From assembly GCA_963823665.1 (NCBI GenBank), contig CAWGMQ010000007.1, positions 608,001-672,000 of the forward strand: a stretch of DNA of 64,000 bases, read 5' to 3'. Position numbers and translations under genes: made by a program. This document shows positions 54,532 to 64,000 of this stretch, one piece after another; within the stretch, counting starts at the first letter, position 1, and each line of letters begins with the position of its first letter. This DNA is from an uncultured Planctomycetota bacterium (GTDB lineage: Bacteria > Planctomycetota > Planctomycetia > Isosphaerales > Isosphaeraceae). The notes beneath the pieces were generated by a model, which was not told the DNA's origin, searched no databases, and saw nothing but the letters and a program-made list of their open reading frames with translations.

Positions 54532-57500
54532 ATGCCTGTCGAGCCCAATCTCGTGCGTGACGTTTTTCTCTCGGCCGCGGAACTGCCACGGGCTGATCGA
54601 GAGCGCTATCTCGCCGATCGCTGCGGCAGCGATGCCGAGCTGCGTGCCGCAGTCGAGCGCCTCTTGGCCGCTCACGAAGAACCCGCCCGCATCCTCGAGC
54701 AGGGTGCGGCCCGCGAGGTGGAGCACCCGTTAGCGACAACTCACCGTCCGATCGGCGGCACGGTCGGCGAAGATGATGATCACACCGGGGAACAATCGAC
54801 GGACTTGACGGCCGGCACGACGCTGGCTGCCCACGCGTCCGAACGTGCGAGCAGCTTCGTTCAGGGGCAGGTCATCGCTGGGCGATACACCTTGCAGGAG
54901 GTCCTGGGCGAAGGCGGCATGGGCACCGTCTACCGCGCCCTTCAGACCGAGCCGGTCAAGCGTCAGGTCGCGCTGAAAATCATCAAGGTTGGGATGGATT
55001 CGCGCACAGTCCTCGCTCGCTTCAATGCCGAACGCCAGGCCCTGGCCTTGATGGACCACCCCAACATCGCCCGCGTCTACGATGGCGGAACGACGAGCAC
55101 AAGCCCGAAATCCGAAGCTCGAAATTCGAAGGACCAAGGCGCGACGCCTGTTGCCTCGGTTTTCGGATTTGGTGCTTCGGATTTCTGCAGCGGTCAGCCA
55201 TTCTTCGTGATGGAACTGGTGCAAGGCGTGCCGATCACGGGGTACTGCGACGCGAAAAGGCTCTCGCTTGCGGCCCGGCTGGAGCTTTTCGTCTCCGTCT
55301 GCCAGGCCGTGCAACACGCCCACCAGAAAGGCATCATCCACCGTGACCTGAAACCGAGCAACGTGATGGTGACCGAGGTCGACGGCCGGCCGGCGCAGAA
55401 GGTGATCGACTTTGGTGTCGCCAAGGCCGTTGAGTTTGACCTCACCGACCAGAGCTTGGGCGACACCGGGGCCATCGTCGGCACGCCGGCGTACATGTCG
55501 CCCGAGCAGGCAGACCCGACATCGATGGATATCGACACCCGCACGGATATTTACGCGCTCGGGGTGATTCTCTACGAGCTGCTCGCCGGCTCACCCCCGC
55601 TCGATCCGGCGCAGTTCCGGCGCGGGGCGATCCTGGAAATGCTGCGGATGGTCCGCGAAGTTGATCCTCCCAGGCCGAGCACAAAGGTCAGCACGTCGGA
55701 CGCTCTGCCGAATCTCGCAGCTTCGCGAGGCATTGAGCCGGCGCAGTTAAAGCGGGCGCTGTCGGGCGACTTGGACTGGGTCGTGATGAAGGCGCTCGAG
55801 AAAGACCGAACGCGTCGTTACGAAACGGCCAACGGCTTCGCGGCCGACATCTCGCGTCATCTTTCGTCCGAGCCGGTGCTGGCCGCGCCGCCGAGCCGTG
55901 CGTACCGGGCTCGGAAGTTTGTGCGGAAGCACCGGGGCGCTGTGATTGCAGCGGGTCTCATACTCGCGGTGTTGCTCGCTGGAATTGCGGGCACGTCCTG
56001 GGAATGGTTCGCAGCCCGGCGGTTGGCTTCCGCCGAGCGCGTGGCCAGGCTCGATGCGCAGAAACAACAGACCCGCGCCGAGGAACGCGAAACGCAGGCG
56101 ATTGACGCCGTGAAGCGGTTTGGCGACGCCGTCGCGGGCGAGCCCGCCCTCAAGAACAGCCCGGATCTCGAAGCCTTGCGCAAGCGACTCTTGAAGGAGC
56201 CGCTTGCGTTTTTCAAGGATCTCCGCGACCGTCTCCAGGCGGACAAATATACGCGACCCGAGTCGTTGTATCGAACGGCAACAGCAAGCTCCGAGCTGGG
56301 AATCCTAACCGCCGAAATCGGCGACAAGCAGGACGCGCTGATCGCTCACGGGGAGGCGCTCGAGATTTTTCTGAACCTGGCCGATTCGAATCCCGCCATC
56401 ACCGAGCTCCAGCGCGACCTGGCGATCACCCACAACCAAATCGGCATGCTGCTTCGCGGAGACCGGGAATCTGGCGGAGGCGATGATGGCTTATGAGAGA
56501 GCGCTGGCGATCTGGCGGAAGCTGGCCGTCGCCAAGCCGGCCGTCACCGAGTTCCAGCGCAACCTGGGTGACTTGCACAACAACGTCGGAAACGTGCTAG
56601 TTGCCGCCGGGAAGAGGGCCGAGGCGATGAAGGCACACGAGGCGGCGCGGTCAATCCGGCAAAAGCTGGCCGACTCGAACCCCGCCAATACCGACTTTCA
56701 GAGCCGCCTGGCGAACAGCCACAACAACATCGGTAGCCTGCTGGCCGAAAACGGGCACCCGGCCGAGGCGATCGATGCGCACCGATTGGCGCTCCAGATC
56801 CAGCAGAAGCTGGCCGACGCCAACCCCGCCGTGTTCGAGCTCCAGCTTGCCCAGGCGACTAGCCGCAACGTCATCGGCCTCCAACTCGAACGCACCGACC
56901 CCGCCGACGCGAAGACGAATTACGAAGCGGCCTTGACGATCTTTCGGAAGCTGTCAACCGACAACCCTTCGGTCACACGGTTACAACATAATTGCTCGGC
57001 GACTCTCACCAATATCGGTAACCTGCTGTCCGCCATCGGGCAGCGGGCCGAGGCGATGAAGGCGCACGAGGAATCACTCGCGATCCTGCGGAAGCTGGCG
57101 AGCGAGCACGCTGAGGCGCCCGAATACGCCAGCGCTCTCGGCGCCTCCCTCAATAACCTGGCGCATATGGACCTTGCCGCGAGGCGATTTGGAGAGGCCC
57201 ACGATCGGCTCCGCGAGGCAGTCAAATGGCAGCGGAAGGCCCTGGCTGCCTATCCCGCCCATCCGGACTATCGACAGTTCCTGGGAAACCACCTCCGCAA
57301 TCTGCGCCAGGCGGCCATCGGGCTGGGTGATTCCGAGGGCGCAGCCGAGGCCGAGCGCGAGCTTGCACAGCTCCGCGATTCCGACCCGGCGATTGTGGTG
57401 CTCGACGCGCGGCTGGCCGCGGTCATCAAAGGCACGGAACAGTCAAGGAATCAAGACGAGCGGCTCGCTCTGGCCCAGCGAGCTTACGACAAGGCTCTAC

Positions 57501-57916
57501 ACGCGACGTCCGCACGCCTCTGGGCCGAGGCTCTCACGGCCAATCCCGCGCTCGCCGCCGACCGCACCGCCCAGCATCCGTATAACGCCGCCTGCGCCGC
57601 CGCGCTGGCCGGCTCCGGGCAGGCCAAGGACGACCCCGCGCCCGATGAAGCCGCCAAGGTGAAGCTTCGCAAACAGGCCCTCGAATGGCTCAAGGCCGAG
57701 CATGCGGTCTGGTCGAAACTCCTCGAATCCGACGCCGTGAAAGCCAGGCCCCTGGTGGCAAAGGCGCTCGCGGACTGGCAGAAAGATACGGACCTCGCCG
57801 GTATCCGCGATAAGAAGGAGCTGGCCAAACTGCCTGAGGCGGAACGCTCGGCGTTCCAGCAACTCTGGTCCGACGTCGACAGCCTGCTGACCAAGGCGAG
57901 CAGCGGAAAGCCATAG
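54532..57916 (+). CDS. Ser/Thr kinase-TM-TPR protein; frameshift near 56455; in-frame palindromic insert in the kinase domain
   Basis: GEGGMG, VALKII, HRDLKPSN, DFGVAK; TPRs; YNAACAAALAG...DLAGIRD terminal module. Confidence 0.9.
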
Positions 57917-57986
57917 TGAGCAACAGACCAAATTCAGATGCGTGTCCGAGCCCGCGTCCCATTCGCCAAACGCCACCTACATCCGT

Positions 57987-58619
57987 TCACACGTAAACCC
58001 GGCATCCCCCATTCACAAAATCGTGCTCCATCACGACCTTCCCTATCGCACGTGCAATCTTTCCCCCTCCTACAACCGACGGTTCAATCGGCGACGACCT
58101 GGCGTAGTCAGATTCCTCATTGCAAATCAGCCGCAGGTCGATCACCGGCACGCCCGCCCGCGCAGCCTCCCTCAGAATCACTTCGTTGAACACGCAAAGC
58201 CCGGTGTGTTCCGCTCGGTCCAGGTCGGGAATCGCGTCATAGATGGTACAGACGACGGTGGGTTTTCCGATCGCCCGCACCCGTCGCAGCATCTCCCGAT
58301 ACTCCTGTTGAAACTCCGCGCGGATCTTCCCCATTCGATCAAGCACCTGCGCAAATGACGAAGCCGGTTCACGCTGAATGAGAATGCTGTGATCGAGAGC
58401 GTTGTTGCCTCCCGCGCTGACGACCAGATGCGTCGCGTCGCCAGGCACGCGAATGAGCTGCTTCGTCACATCCGAGGCAACCGACCCATCGAGAGCCAGC
58501 AGCGTCGCCCGCCAACCCGCCGGTAGCCCCCGACCGAGGTGTTCAGTGACCGACGGCCCGCCCGGAACATACCGGGCGTTGTCGAAGATCGAATCGCCAA
58601 GCAGAACGATATTCCCCAT
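57987..58619 (-). CDS. SGNH/GDSL hydrolase family protein
   Basis: IVLLGDSIFDN, SAGGNNAL, PIEPS. Confidence 0.85.
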   Translation of the reverse strand: MGNIVLLGDSIFDNARYVPGGPSVTEHLGRGLPAGWRATLLALDGSVASDVTKQLIRVPGDATHLVVSAGGNNALDHSILIQREPASSFAQVLDRMGKIRAEFQQEYREMLRRVRAIGKPTVVCTIYDAIPDLDRAEHTGLCVFNEVILREAARAGVPVIDLRLICNEESDYARSSPIEPSVVGGGKIARAIGKVVMEHDFVNGGCRVYV

Positions 58620-58661
58620 GCGATCGCTCACTTCGTCTCGGTCCCTCCGACAAAGAACCCC

Positions 58662-61600
58662 TCACTTACTACCAGCCGCCCCGGCCCGACCGTCCGCTGA
58701 ACGCCCCAGTACCGCCTCGGCCTCACCTCGGAACGCCGCCAGTTCGTCAGAAGTGACATCACGCAGATCCTTATGTGCTTCCACCCAACGGACGGCCTGG
58801 TCATGGTAGCCGCGTGCCTCCCGCGGGTGCCCCAATTGGTGGTGGGCCATGGCCAGGAAGAACCGGTCGACGGTTGCGAGCTCACCTGGTCCTTCGGCGA
58901 GACCCTGGTCCAGGACCGTGATCGCCTCGGCGTACTGACCCGTGCGATACAGCGCCACACCCAGAGTATTGAGAAAGTTGTGCACTCCGGGAGCCAGTGC
59001 GACGGCCCGCCGCGCCCACGCGACGGCTCGCTCGGGGTCGCGCCGTTTGAAGGGAGCGGTCACGTCGATCCAGGCCCGAACGTTGAGGGATTCCGGGTTT
59101 TCTGGCAGCAACGATCGAGCCTTCTCCCGATCGGCCCGGGATTGCTCGTGATCGCCGAGGGCCTCGTAGACTCTGCCGCGGAGGTCATACAGCGCGTCGT
59201 TGTTCGGATCTCTCGAAATGAGGGTGTCAAGGTCGGCCAGTGCCTCGCGGGGCCGGCCGAGCCCGATCAGTGCCTGCGCCAGGCGGTAGCTTGCTCGGTC
59301 GCGATCCGGCTCGACTGCGAGAACACGGCGGAAATCATCCTCGGCCAGGTCGGGCTTTGAGAGGGCCAGGGCGACCAGACCGCGCTGGAATCGGGCCTGG
59401 TAATCCTCCGGCGCTCGTTCGAGCAAGCGGCTGAAGGCCGCCAGCGCGCTTGCCAGTTGGCCCGATTCCTGGTACGCCTCGCCCAGGAGCCTGCAGGCGT
59501 CGGTATCGTCCGGACGCAGCCGGAGCAAATGCACGAGATCGGCGATCGCTTCAGGCCACTTCATTTGCTGGTTGAACACCCAGCCGCGCTGGATCAGCGC
59601 TTCGGCATCGTCGGGCGCGACGGCGAGCCGGCGGTTCAGCTCGGCCAGTTCGACGGCGCGCTGCGCCTGGGGCTCGAGAACTTCGCCGACTACCTTGATC
59701 GCCCGCACCTGCTGCACCGGACCCAGGGCGGCGGGCGAATCCGGAGCCGTGGGATACAGTGGAGCCTCCCAGTCCAGCCCCCGCGAATGGAGCTGGTCAC
59801 GGATTCGCCGGAGGTCCCACACGAGCACTGTCTTTTGGTTCGTCCGCGCGATGAGCTTCGTGCTGTCCGGGCTGAACACCATCGGCGCCGGGCTGACCGG
59901 CCGCAGGGTCGTCAGCCGTGCCAGCTCACGTCCCGTGGCGGCATCGGCCAGCAAGACCTGATCGGGCGCGATTCCCAGAGCCATCACCCGGCCGTCGCCG
60001 GTGAACACCGGGCGGTAGAGCACGCCCCCATTGCGCTCGGGGTCGATCCGTAGACCGGGCTCCCAGGTCCCCATACGCCAGAACTGATAACAGAGGCCCG
60101 CATCGGAGGACACGGTCGAGACCAGCGTGCGACCGTCAGGGCTGAAGCCGGCGAAGTAGGATTTGTCGCCGAGCGGTTCCTTCGGCGTCAAGATGCGCTC
60201 GAGCCGCCGCCGGCGGAGGTCCCAGACGCGAACACCTGCTTCCTTCCAGCCGCCGGCCGCCAGCCAACGACCATCGGAGCTGACGGCGACCGAAGTCATG
60301 CGGTAATTATCCCCGCTGTCGAGGGCCGGTGTCCGAGTCCAGAGCGGATGGGGGTGGATGGAATCGATGAGCAAGACTCGTGCGTTGGCATTGTCGATCA
60401 GTGCCAGCGTTCGACGATCCGGCAGCCAGCTTGAATAGACCCGATCCTTCGAAGCGTTCGCCCATAACAACTCGGGCGGACCGATCGAGAGCGCCGCGGC
60501 CGCACCGTCGGGATCGGGCCGGATCGGCCAGTGATCCACGCCCCACCGGCCGCTGGTGAAGAGGCTTCCGCCGTCGGGGTGGAACAGCACGCTATCGATT
60601 TGACCGGACTTGAGATGGGCCTGCTCGCGCCCGGTGTCGGACTCCCAGAGCCGGACGCCGTCTGCATCGGAGGTCGCGATCAGCTCGCCGTCGGGGCTGA
60701 CATCCGCAGACGTGATCCCGACGTTCATCGTAGCCTCGGAGCGGTTCCCGAGCATGCCGGGGTGGAGCGTCCGACACTCCGGGGCCACGTCGATGTCCCA
60801 GACGCCGACTCTGCTACCCACACGGAAGGCCAGTCGGCGGTCGTCTGGAGCAAACCGGCCTAATAGGCCACCCGGCGCCATCGCCAGCGGCTCCCCCGAG
60901 ACGCCGTCCCAGAGCCGGGTCGTGCCATCCCAGCTCGAGGTCGCCAGCAGGTAACCCGAGTGCGCGAACTGGACCGTCACGACCGCCCCCGTATGTCCCT
61001 GAAGCATTGCAGTCAGGGCCCCGCGGCCGACGTCCCAGACGTAAACGTGGGTGTCTCCGGAGTGGCCGCCGGTCGCCAGCAACTGTCCATCGGCGCTCCA
61101 GGCCAGTCCGCCTTTGCCCACCTGCGAACCCCGGTCGAACAGCACGCGCCCGGTCTCGAGCTCGATGATCGCAACCCGCGGCTTCGCCCGATTCGATTCA
61201 TCCGGATCGAAATTGGTGACGGCGAGTCGGCGGCCTTCGGGATCGAGCGTCAGGGCATTCGGCCTGAACTCGAGCGGCAGCCGCCGGACGACCCGGCGCA
61301 GGGCGAGGTCCCAGATCGCGACGCCACCCTCCATGGCGAGGAACACCAGGTGGCGGCCATCGGCGTGGAACACCCCACCTCCACGGGTCCTCAGGCTGCC
61401 GATCAGCTCCCGGCGTCCCAGGCTCCATATCTGCACCAGGTCGCCCGCGGCCCTGTTCAGAACGTAGCTGGCGATCAGCAGCTCGCCGTCCGGGCTGAAG
61501 CAAGACCAGGCGTGCCAGAAATCGGGCCGGTCTGGCGCAGGCAGGCGGGCCAGTACGCCGTCGTCGTCCAGCCGCCGCACGACGACATCGCCGGACCACT

Positions 61601-63347
61601 CTGTGACGGAGTATCGCTCCAGAGCGGCATCGACGTTGACCTCGAATCCGACGCCGAAGTCATGCTGGCGGCTTACGCGGAGGTCGGTCAGCCCCATGGC
61701 CGCGATGGCATGGTTGCGGATTGCGGGCAATCGCTTCCGGCCCTCGGGGTCCGCGCCAAGGACCTGTGCGGCCCGGTCGAGCCGGTCCAGGCTATCGAAC
61801 CGCTGGCCGATCAGACCAGTGCGCTGGAGCGCCGCTCCCTCGGACACCAGCGACTGGCCGAGGGCGAGCTGTGCCTGATGCTCGGCACGCTCGACCCGCG
61901 CGAGGCTCGCCTGGGATGTCCATGCCGCCACTGTGGAGACGATCACCATGAGAATTGCCAGGGTCGCGGCCAGGGCGTTCAGGAAGGCCAGGCCGGGATT
62001 GCGCTTGCTCCACCGCCAGAGCCGCTCCGAGGCCAGGATGGGGCGCGAGCGGATCGGCCGGCTCTCGAGGTATCGACGCAGCTCGTCACCAAGCTCGCCC
62101 GCCGATGCGAACCGATCCTTGGGGTCCTTGGCCAGTGCCTTGAGTACCAGCGTCTCCAGGTCCCGAGGGATGCGGCGATCGTGCTGCCGCAACGCGGCCG
62201 GTGGTTCGTGCGTGATCCGGGCCATCAGCCGGGCTTGGTCGCGCTCATCGAAGGCCGGCTTCAGGGTCAGAAGCTCGTAGAGCGTCGCTCCCAGCGAGTA
62301 CACGTCACCCCGCGCGTCGGTGATGCCCCGCAGCCGCTCGGGAGCGATGAAGCGCAGGGTCCCGACCAGATCCTGCGAGTGCGAGAGGTCGTCCCCCTCG
62401 ACGAGCTTCGCCAGGCCGAAGTCGGTGACCCACACGTTTCCCTGGGCGTCGAGCAGAAGGTTGGAGGGCTTGATGTCGCGGTGGATCACTCGCTGACGGT
62501 GGGCGTAGTCGAGCGCGTCGGCGACCTGCGCGCCCAGGCGGGCGATCTCGCGGAAATAGACCGACTCGGGCTGACCGAGAATCAAGCTGCTGGCCTGACT
62601 AGCTCCGCCACCGGAGGTCGCGCCGCCGTTCGTCACGATCGCCGTCGAGCCAGGCTCGGCAACCAGGGGATCCATCGGTGCCTCGGCGAACCGGCCGGTG
62701 AGAAGCCCGCGGGTGATGCCCGTGAGCGGGTTTCCACCGCCGGCGGTCGCCGTTACCCGCTCAGCACCGATCGTCTCGGCCCCGGCGTCGCGGTCGGCTT
62801 GGGACCGGAGCCGGCGGACATCCTCGAGCACCCGTTCCAGCCCGACACCGGCGATATATTGCATCGCGTAATAGAAGACACCGTCCTGTTCGCCGTAGTC
62901 GAAGACCGGCACGATGTTGGTGTGGTGCAGCTTCGCCGCCGACCGCGCCTCGGTCTGGAATCGCCGTACGTAGCCCCGATCGGCGCGGAACCGTGGGTGC
63001 ATGACCTTGAGCGCCATGCGGCTCTTGAGCGATTCGTGCTCGGCCTCGTACACGATCCCCATACCACCCGCGCCGACTCGGCGAAGCAGCACGTATTCAC
63101 CCAGACGCCGCGGCTCCGGGGCGTCTGAGCCGAACGGCTCCACATCGAGGGCGGTCACATCGCCCTTATCGGCGCCGATGTCCTCCAGGACTACCAGAGC
63201 GGGAAAGATGGCGCGAATCCGTTCCGCCAGCTCGGGATACTTGGTGGTGTATTCGCTGAGCGACGGACGCTCGCCCCTGCGGTATCGCTCGAGGAAGGCG
63301 TCGGCCAGATCGTCGATCGGGTCGAATTCGCAGGACGGTTCGCTCAT
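58662..63347 (-). CDS. Ser/Thr kinase with WD40 repeats and TPR C-terminus
   Basis: GAGGMG, HRDIKPSN, DFGLAK; GH...WD repeats; LNTLGVALYR...FFLAMAH TPR; ATGA overlap with the ECF gene. Confidence 0.93.
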   Translation of the reverse strand: MSEPSCEFDPIDDLADAFLERYRRGERPSLSEYTTKYPELAERIRAIFPALVVLEDIGADKGDVTALDVEPFGSDAPEPRRLGEYVLLRRVGAGGMGIVYEAEHESLKSRMALKVMHPRFRADRGYVRRFQTEARSAAKLHHTNIVPVFDYGEQDGVFYYAMQYIAGVGLERVLEDVRRLRSQADRDAGAETIGAERVTATAGGGNPLTGITRGLLTGRFAEAPMDPLVAEPGSTAIVTNGGATSGGGASQASSLILGQPESVYFREIARLGAQVADALDYAHRQRVIHRDIKPSNLLLDAQGNVWVTDFGLAKLVEGDDLSHSQDLVGTLRFIAPERLRGITDARGDVYSLGATLYELLTLKPAFDERDQARLMARITHEPPAALRQHDRRIPRDLETLVLKALAKDPKDRFASAGELGDELRRYLESRPIRSRPILASERLWRWSKRNPGLAFLNALAATLAILMVIVSTVAAWTSQASLARVERAEHQAQLALGQSLVSEGAALQRTGLIGQRFDSLDRLDRAAQVLGADPEGRKRLPAIRNHAIAAMGLTDLRVSRQHDFGVGFEVNVDAALERYSVTEWSGDVVVRRLDDDGVLARLPAPDRPDFWHAWSCFSPDGELLIASYVLNRAAGDLVQIWSLGRRELIGSLRTRGGGVFHADGRHLVFLAMEGGVAIWDLALRRVVRRLPLEFRPNALTLDPEGRRLAVTNFDPDESNRAKPRVAIIELETGRVLFDRGSQVGKGGLAWSADGQLLATGGHSGDTHVYVWDVGRGALTAMLQGHTGAVVTVQFAHSGYLLATSSWDGTTRLWDGVSGEPLAMAPGGLLGRFAPDDRRLAFRVGSRVGVWDIDVAPECRTLHPGMLGNRSEATMNVGITSADVSPDGELIATSDADGVRLWESDTGREQAHLKSGQIDSVLFHPDGGSLFTSGRWGVDHWPIRPDPDGAAAALSIGPPELLWANASKDRVYSSWLPDRRTLALIDNANARVLLIDSIHPHPLWTRTPALDSGDNYRMTSVAVSSDGRWLAAGGWKEAGVRVWDLRRRRLERILTPKEPLGDKSYFAGFSPDGRTLVSTVSSDAGLCYQFWRMGTWEPGLRIDPERNGGVLYRPVFTGDGRVMALGIAPDQVLLADAATGRELARLTTLRPVSPAPMVFSPDSTKLIARTNQKTVLVWDLRRIRDQLHSRGLDWEAPLYPTAPDSPAALGPVQQVRAIKVVGEVLEPQAQRAVELAELNRRLAVAPDDAEALIQRGWVFNQQMKWPEAIADLVHLLRLRPDDTDACRLLGEAYQESGQLASALAAFSRLLERAPEDYQARFQRGLVALALSKPDLAEDDFRRVLAVEPDRDRASYRLAQALIGLGRPREALADLDTLISRDPNNDALYDLRGRVYEALGDHEQSRADREKARSLLPENPESLNVRAWIDVTAPFKRRDPERAVAWARRAVALAPGVHNFLNTLGVALYRTGQYAEAITVLDQGLAEGPGELATVDRFFLAMAHHQLGHPREARGYHDQAVRWVEAHKDLRDVTSDELAAFRGEAEAVLGRSADGRAGAAGSK

Positions 63348-63988
63348 GGCCTCAGCTCTCCCAGTCCACCCGGCGAGTGCCCCAGGATCCGTTTCAACCG
63401 TTCCAGGGCCCGGATGTACCGCTTGCCGGCTGCCCCCTCCGAAACTCCCAGCACCTGGGCAATCTCGGCGCGGCTCAATTGCTCGAAGTGGCGCAAGGCC
63501 AGCACCTCGCGATCGAGTGGGTCCATGTTGTTGAGCCCTTCTTGCACGCGAATCCTGAGCTCGGCACGGACCGCCGCCTCGCTCGGTCGCGTGTCATGCC
63601 CGAGGAGTTGGGCGGCCAGCGCGGCCGAAGAGGCTTCCGGCAACGCTTCCCGGCGCAACGCCACCTCCTGCCCGGCGGCGCGCATTTGGACGCCCAGATG
63701 ATGCCGGTGCAACGTCACCAGCTTCTGGCCGGTGAGGAACCGGAGCCATAAGAAGAACGGCATCTGCGGATCGCCCAGGTACTCGGTCAATCGAGCGGAT
63801 GCTTCCAGGTACGCTTCCTGGATGACGTCCGACGCGTCGATCCGCCCCTGCAACCGCCGATCCATCCTCAGCGCAACCATGCGCCGGAGCCGATCGCCGT
63901 GCCGTGTGAGCAGGACACCCAGAGCCCGCGGATCACCGCCGGCCGCCTGCTCGAGCAAGTGGTTGGTCGCATCCGAGTTGCTGGACAT
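63344..63988 (-). CDS. ECF sigma factor (Planctomycetaceae-specific TIGR02984-like)
   Basis: LRMDRRLQGRIDASDVIQE, DREVLALRHFEQLSRAEIA, KRYIRALERL. Confidence 0.92.
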   Translation of the reverse strand: MSSNSDATNHLLEQAAGGDPRALGVLLTRHGDRLRRMVALRMDRRLQGRIDASDVIQEAYLEASARLTEYLGDPQMPFFLWLRFLTGQKLVTLHRHHLGVQMRAAGQEVALRREALPEASSAALAAQLLGHDTRPSEAAVRAELRIRVQEGLNNMDPLDREVLALRHFEQLSRAEIAQVLGVSEGAAGKRYIRALERLKRILGHSPGGLGELRP

Positions 63989-64000
63989 CGAAAACACCGT

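Overview
High-GC DNA that looks like a planctomycete (probably Isosphaeraceae-like). The evidence is four secreted proteins with the LExLExRxLL(S) N-terminal motif, TIGR02999/TIGR02984-type ECF sigma factors coupled to Hanks Ser/Thr kinases, and DUF4058/Uma2 genes. The window is dense in signalling genes: 5 ECF sigma genes, 5 kinase genes and at least 3 orphan kinase/TPR fragments. It also holds an intact IS4-family element (22-bp TIRs, 10-bp TSD) inserted in a REP-like palindrome, a VapBC-type TA pair, an ECF42/YCII module, an ankyrin gene with a structured leader and a glycosylation cluster. The most unusual features are non-coding. (i) A ~215-bp repeat starts with GGAAAAGGTGCCAGGAACC and ends in a tmRNA-like 3' end; both full copies abut truncated genes. 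(ii) tRNA-Pro 3' fragments and a ~87-bp direct repeat bracket the ECF42 module. (iii) Palindromes sit in frame inside coding sequences, including a ~30-aa hairpin insert in a kinase catalytic domain. (iv) A ~140-nt multi-stem leader precedes the ankyrin gene. Many genes carry single-base frameshifts, probably long-read consensus errors, so frameshift-only pseudogene calls are provisional. All family assignments come from motif recognition, not database searches.
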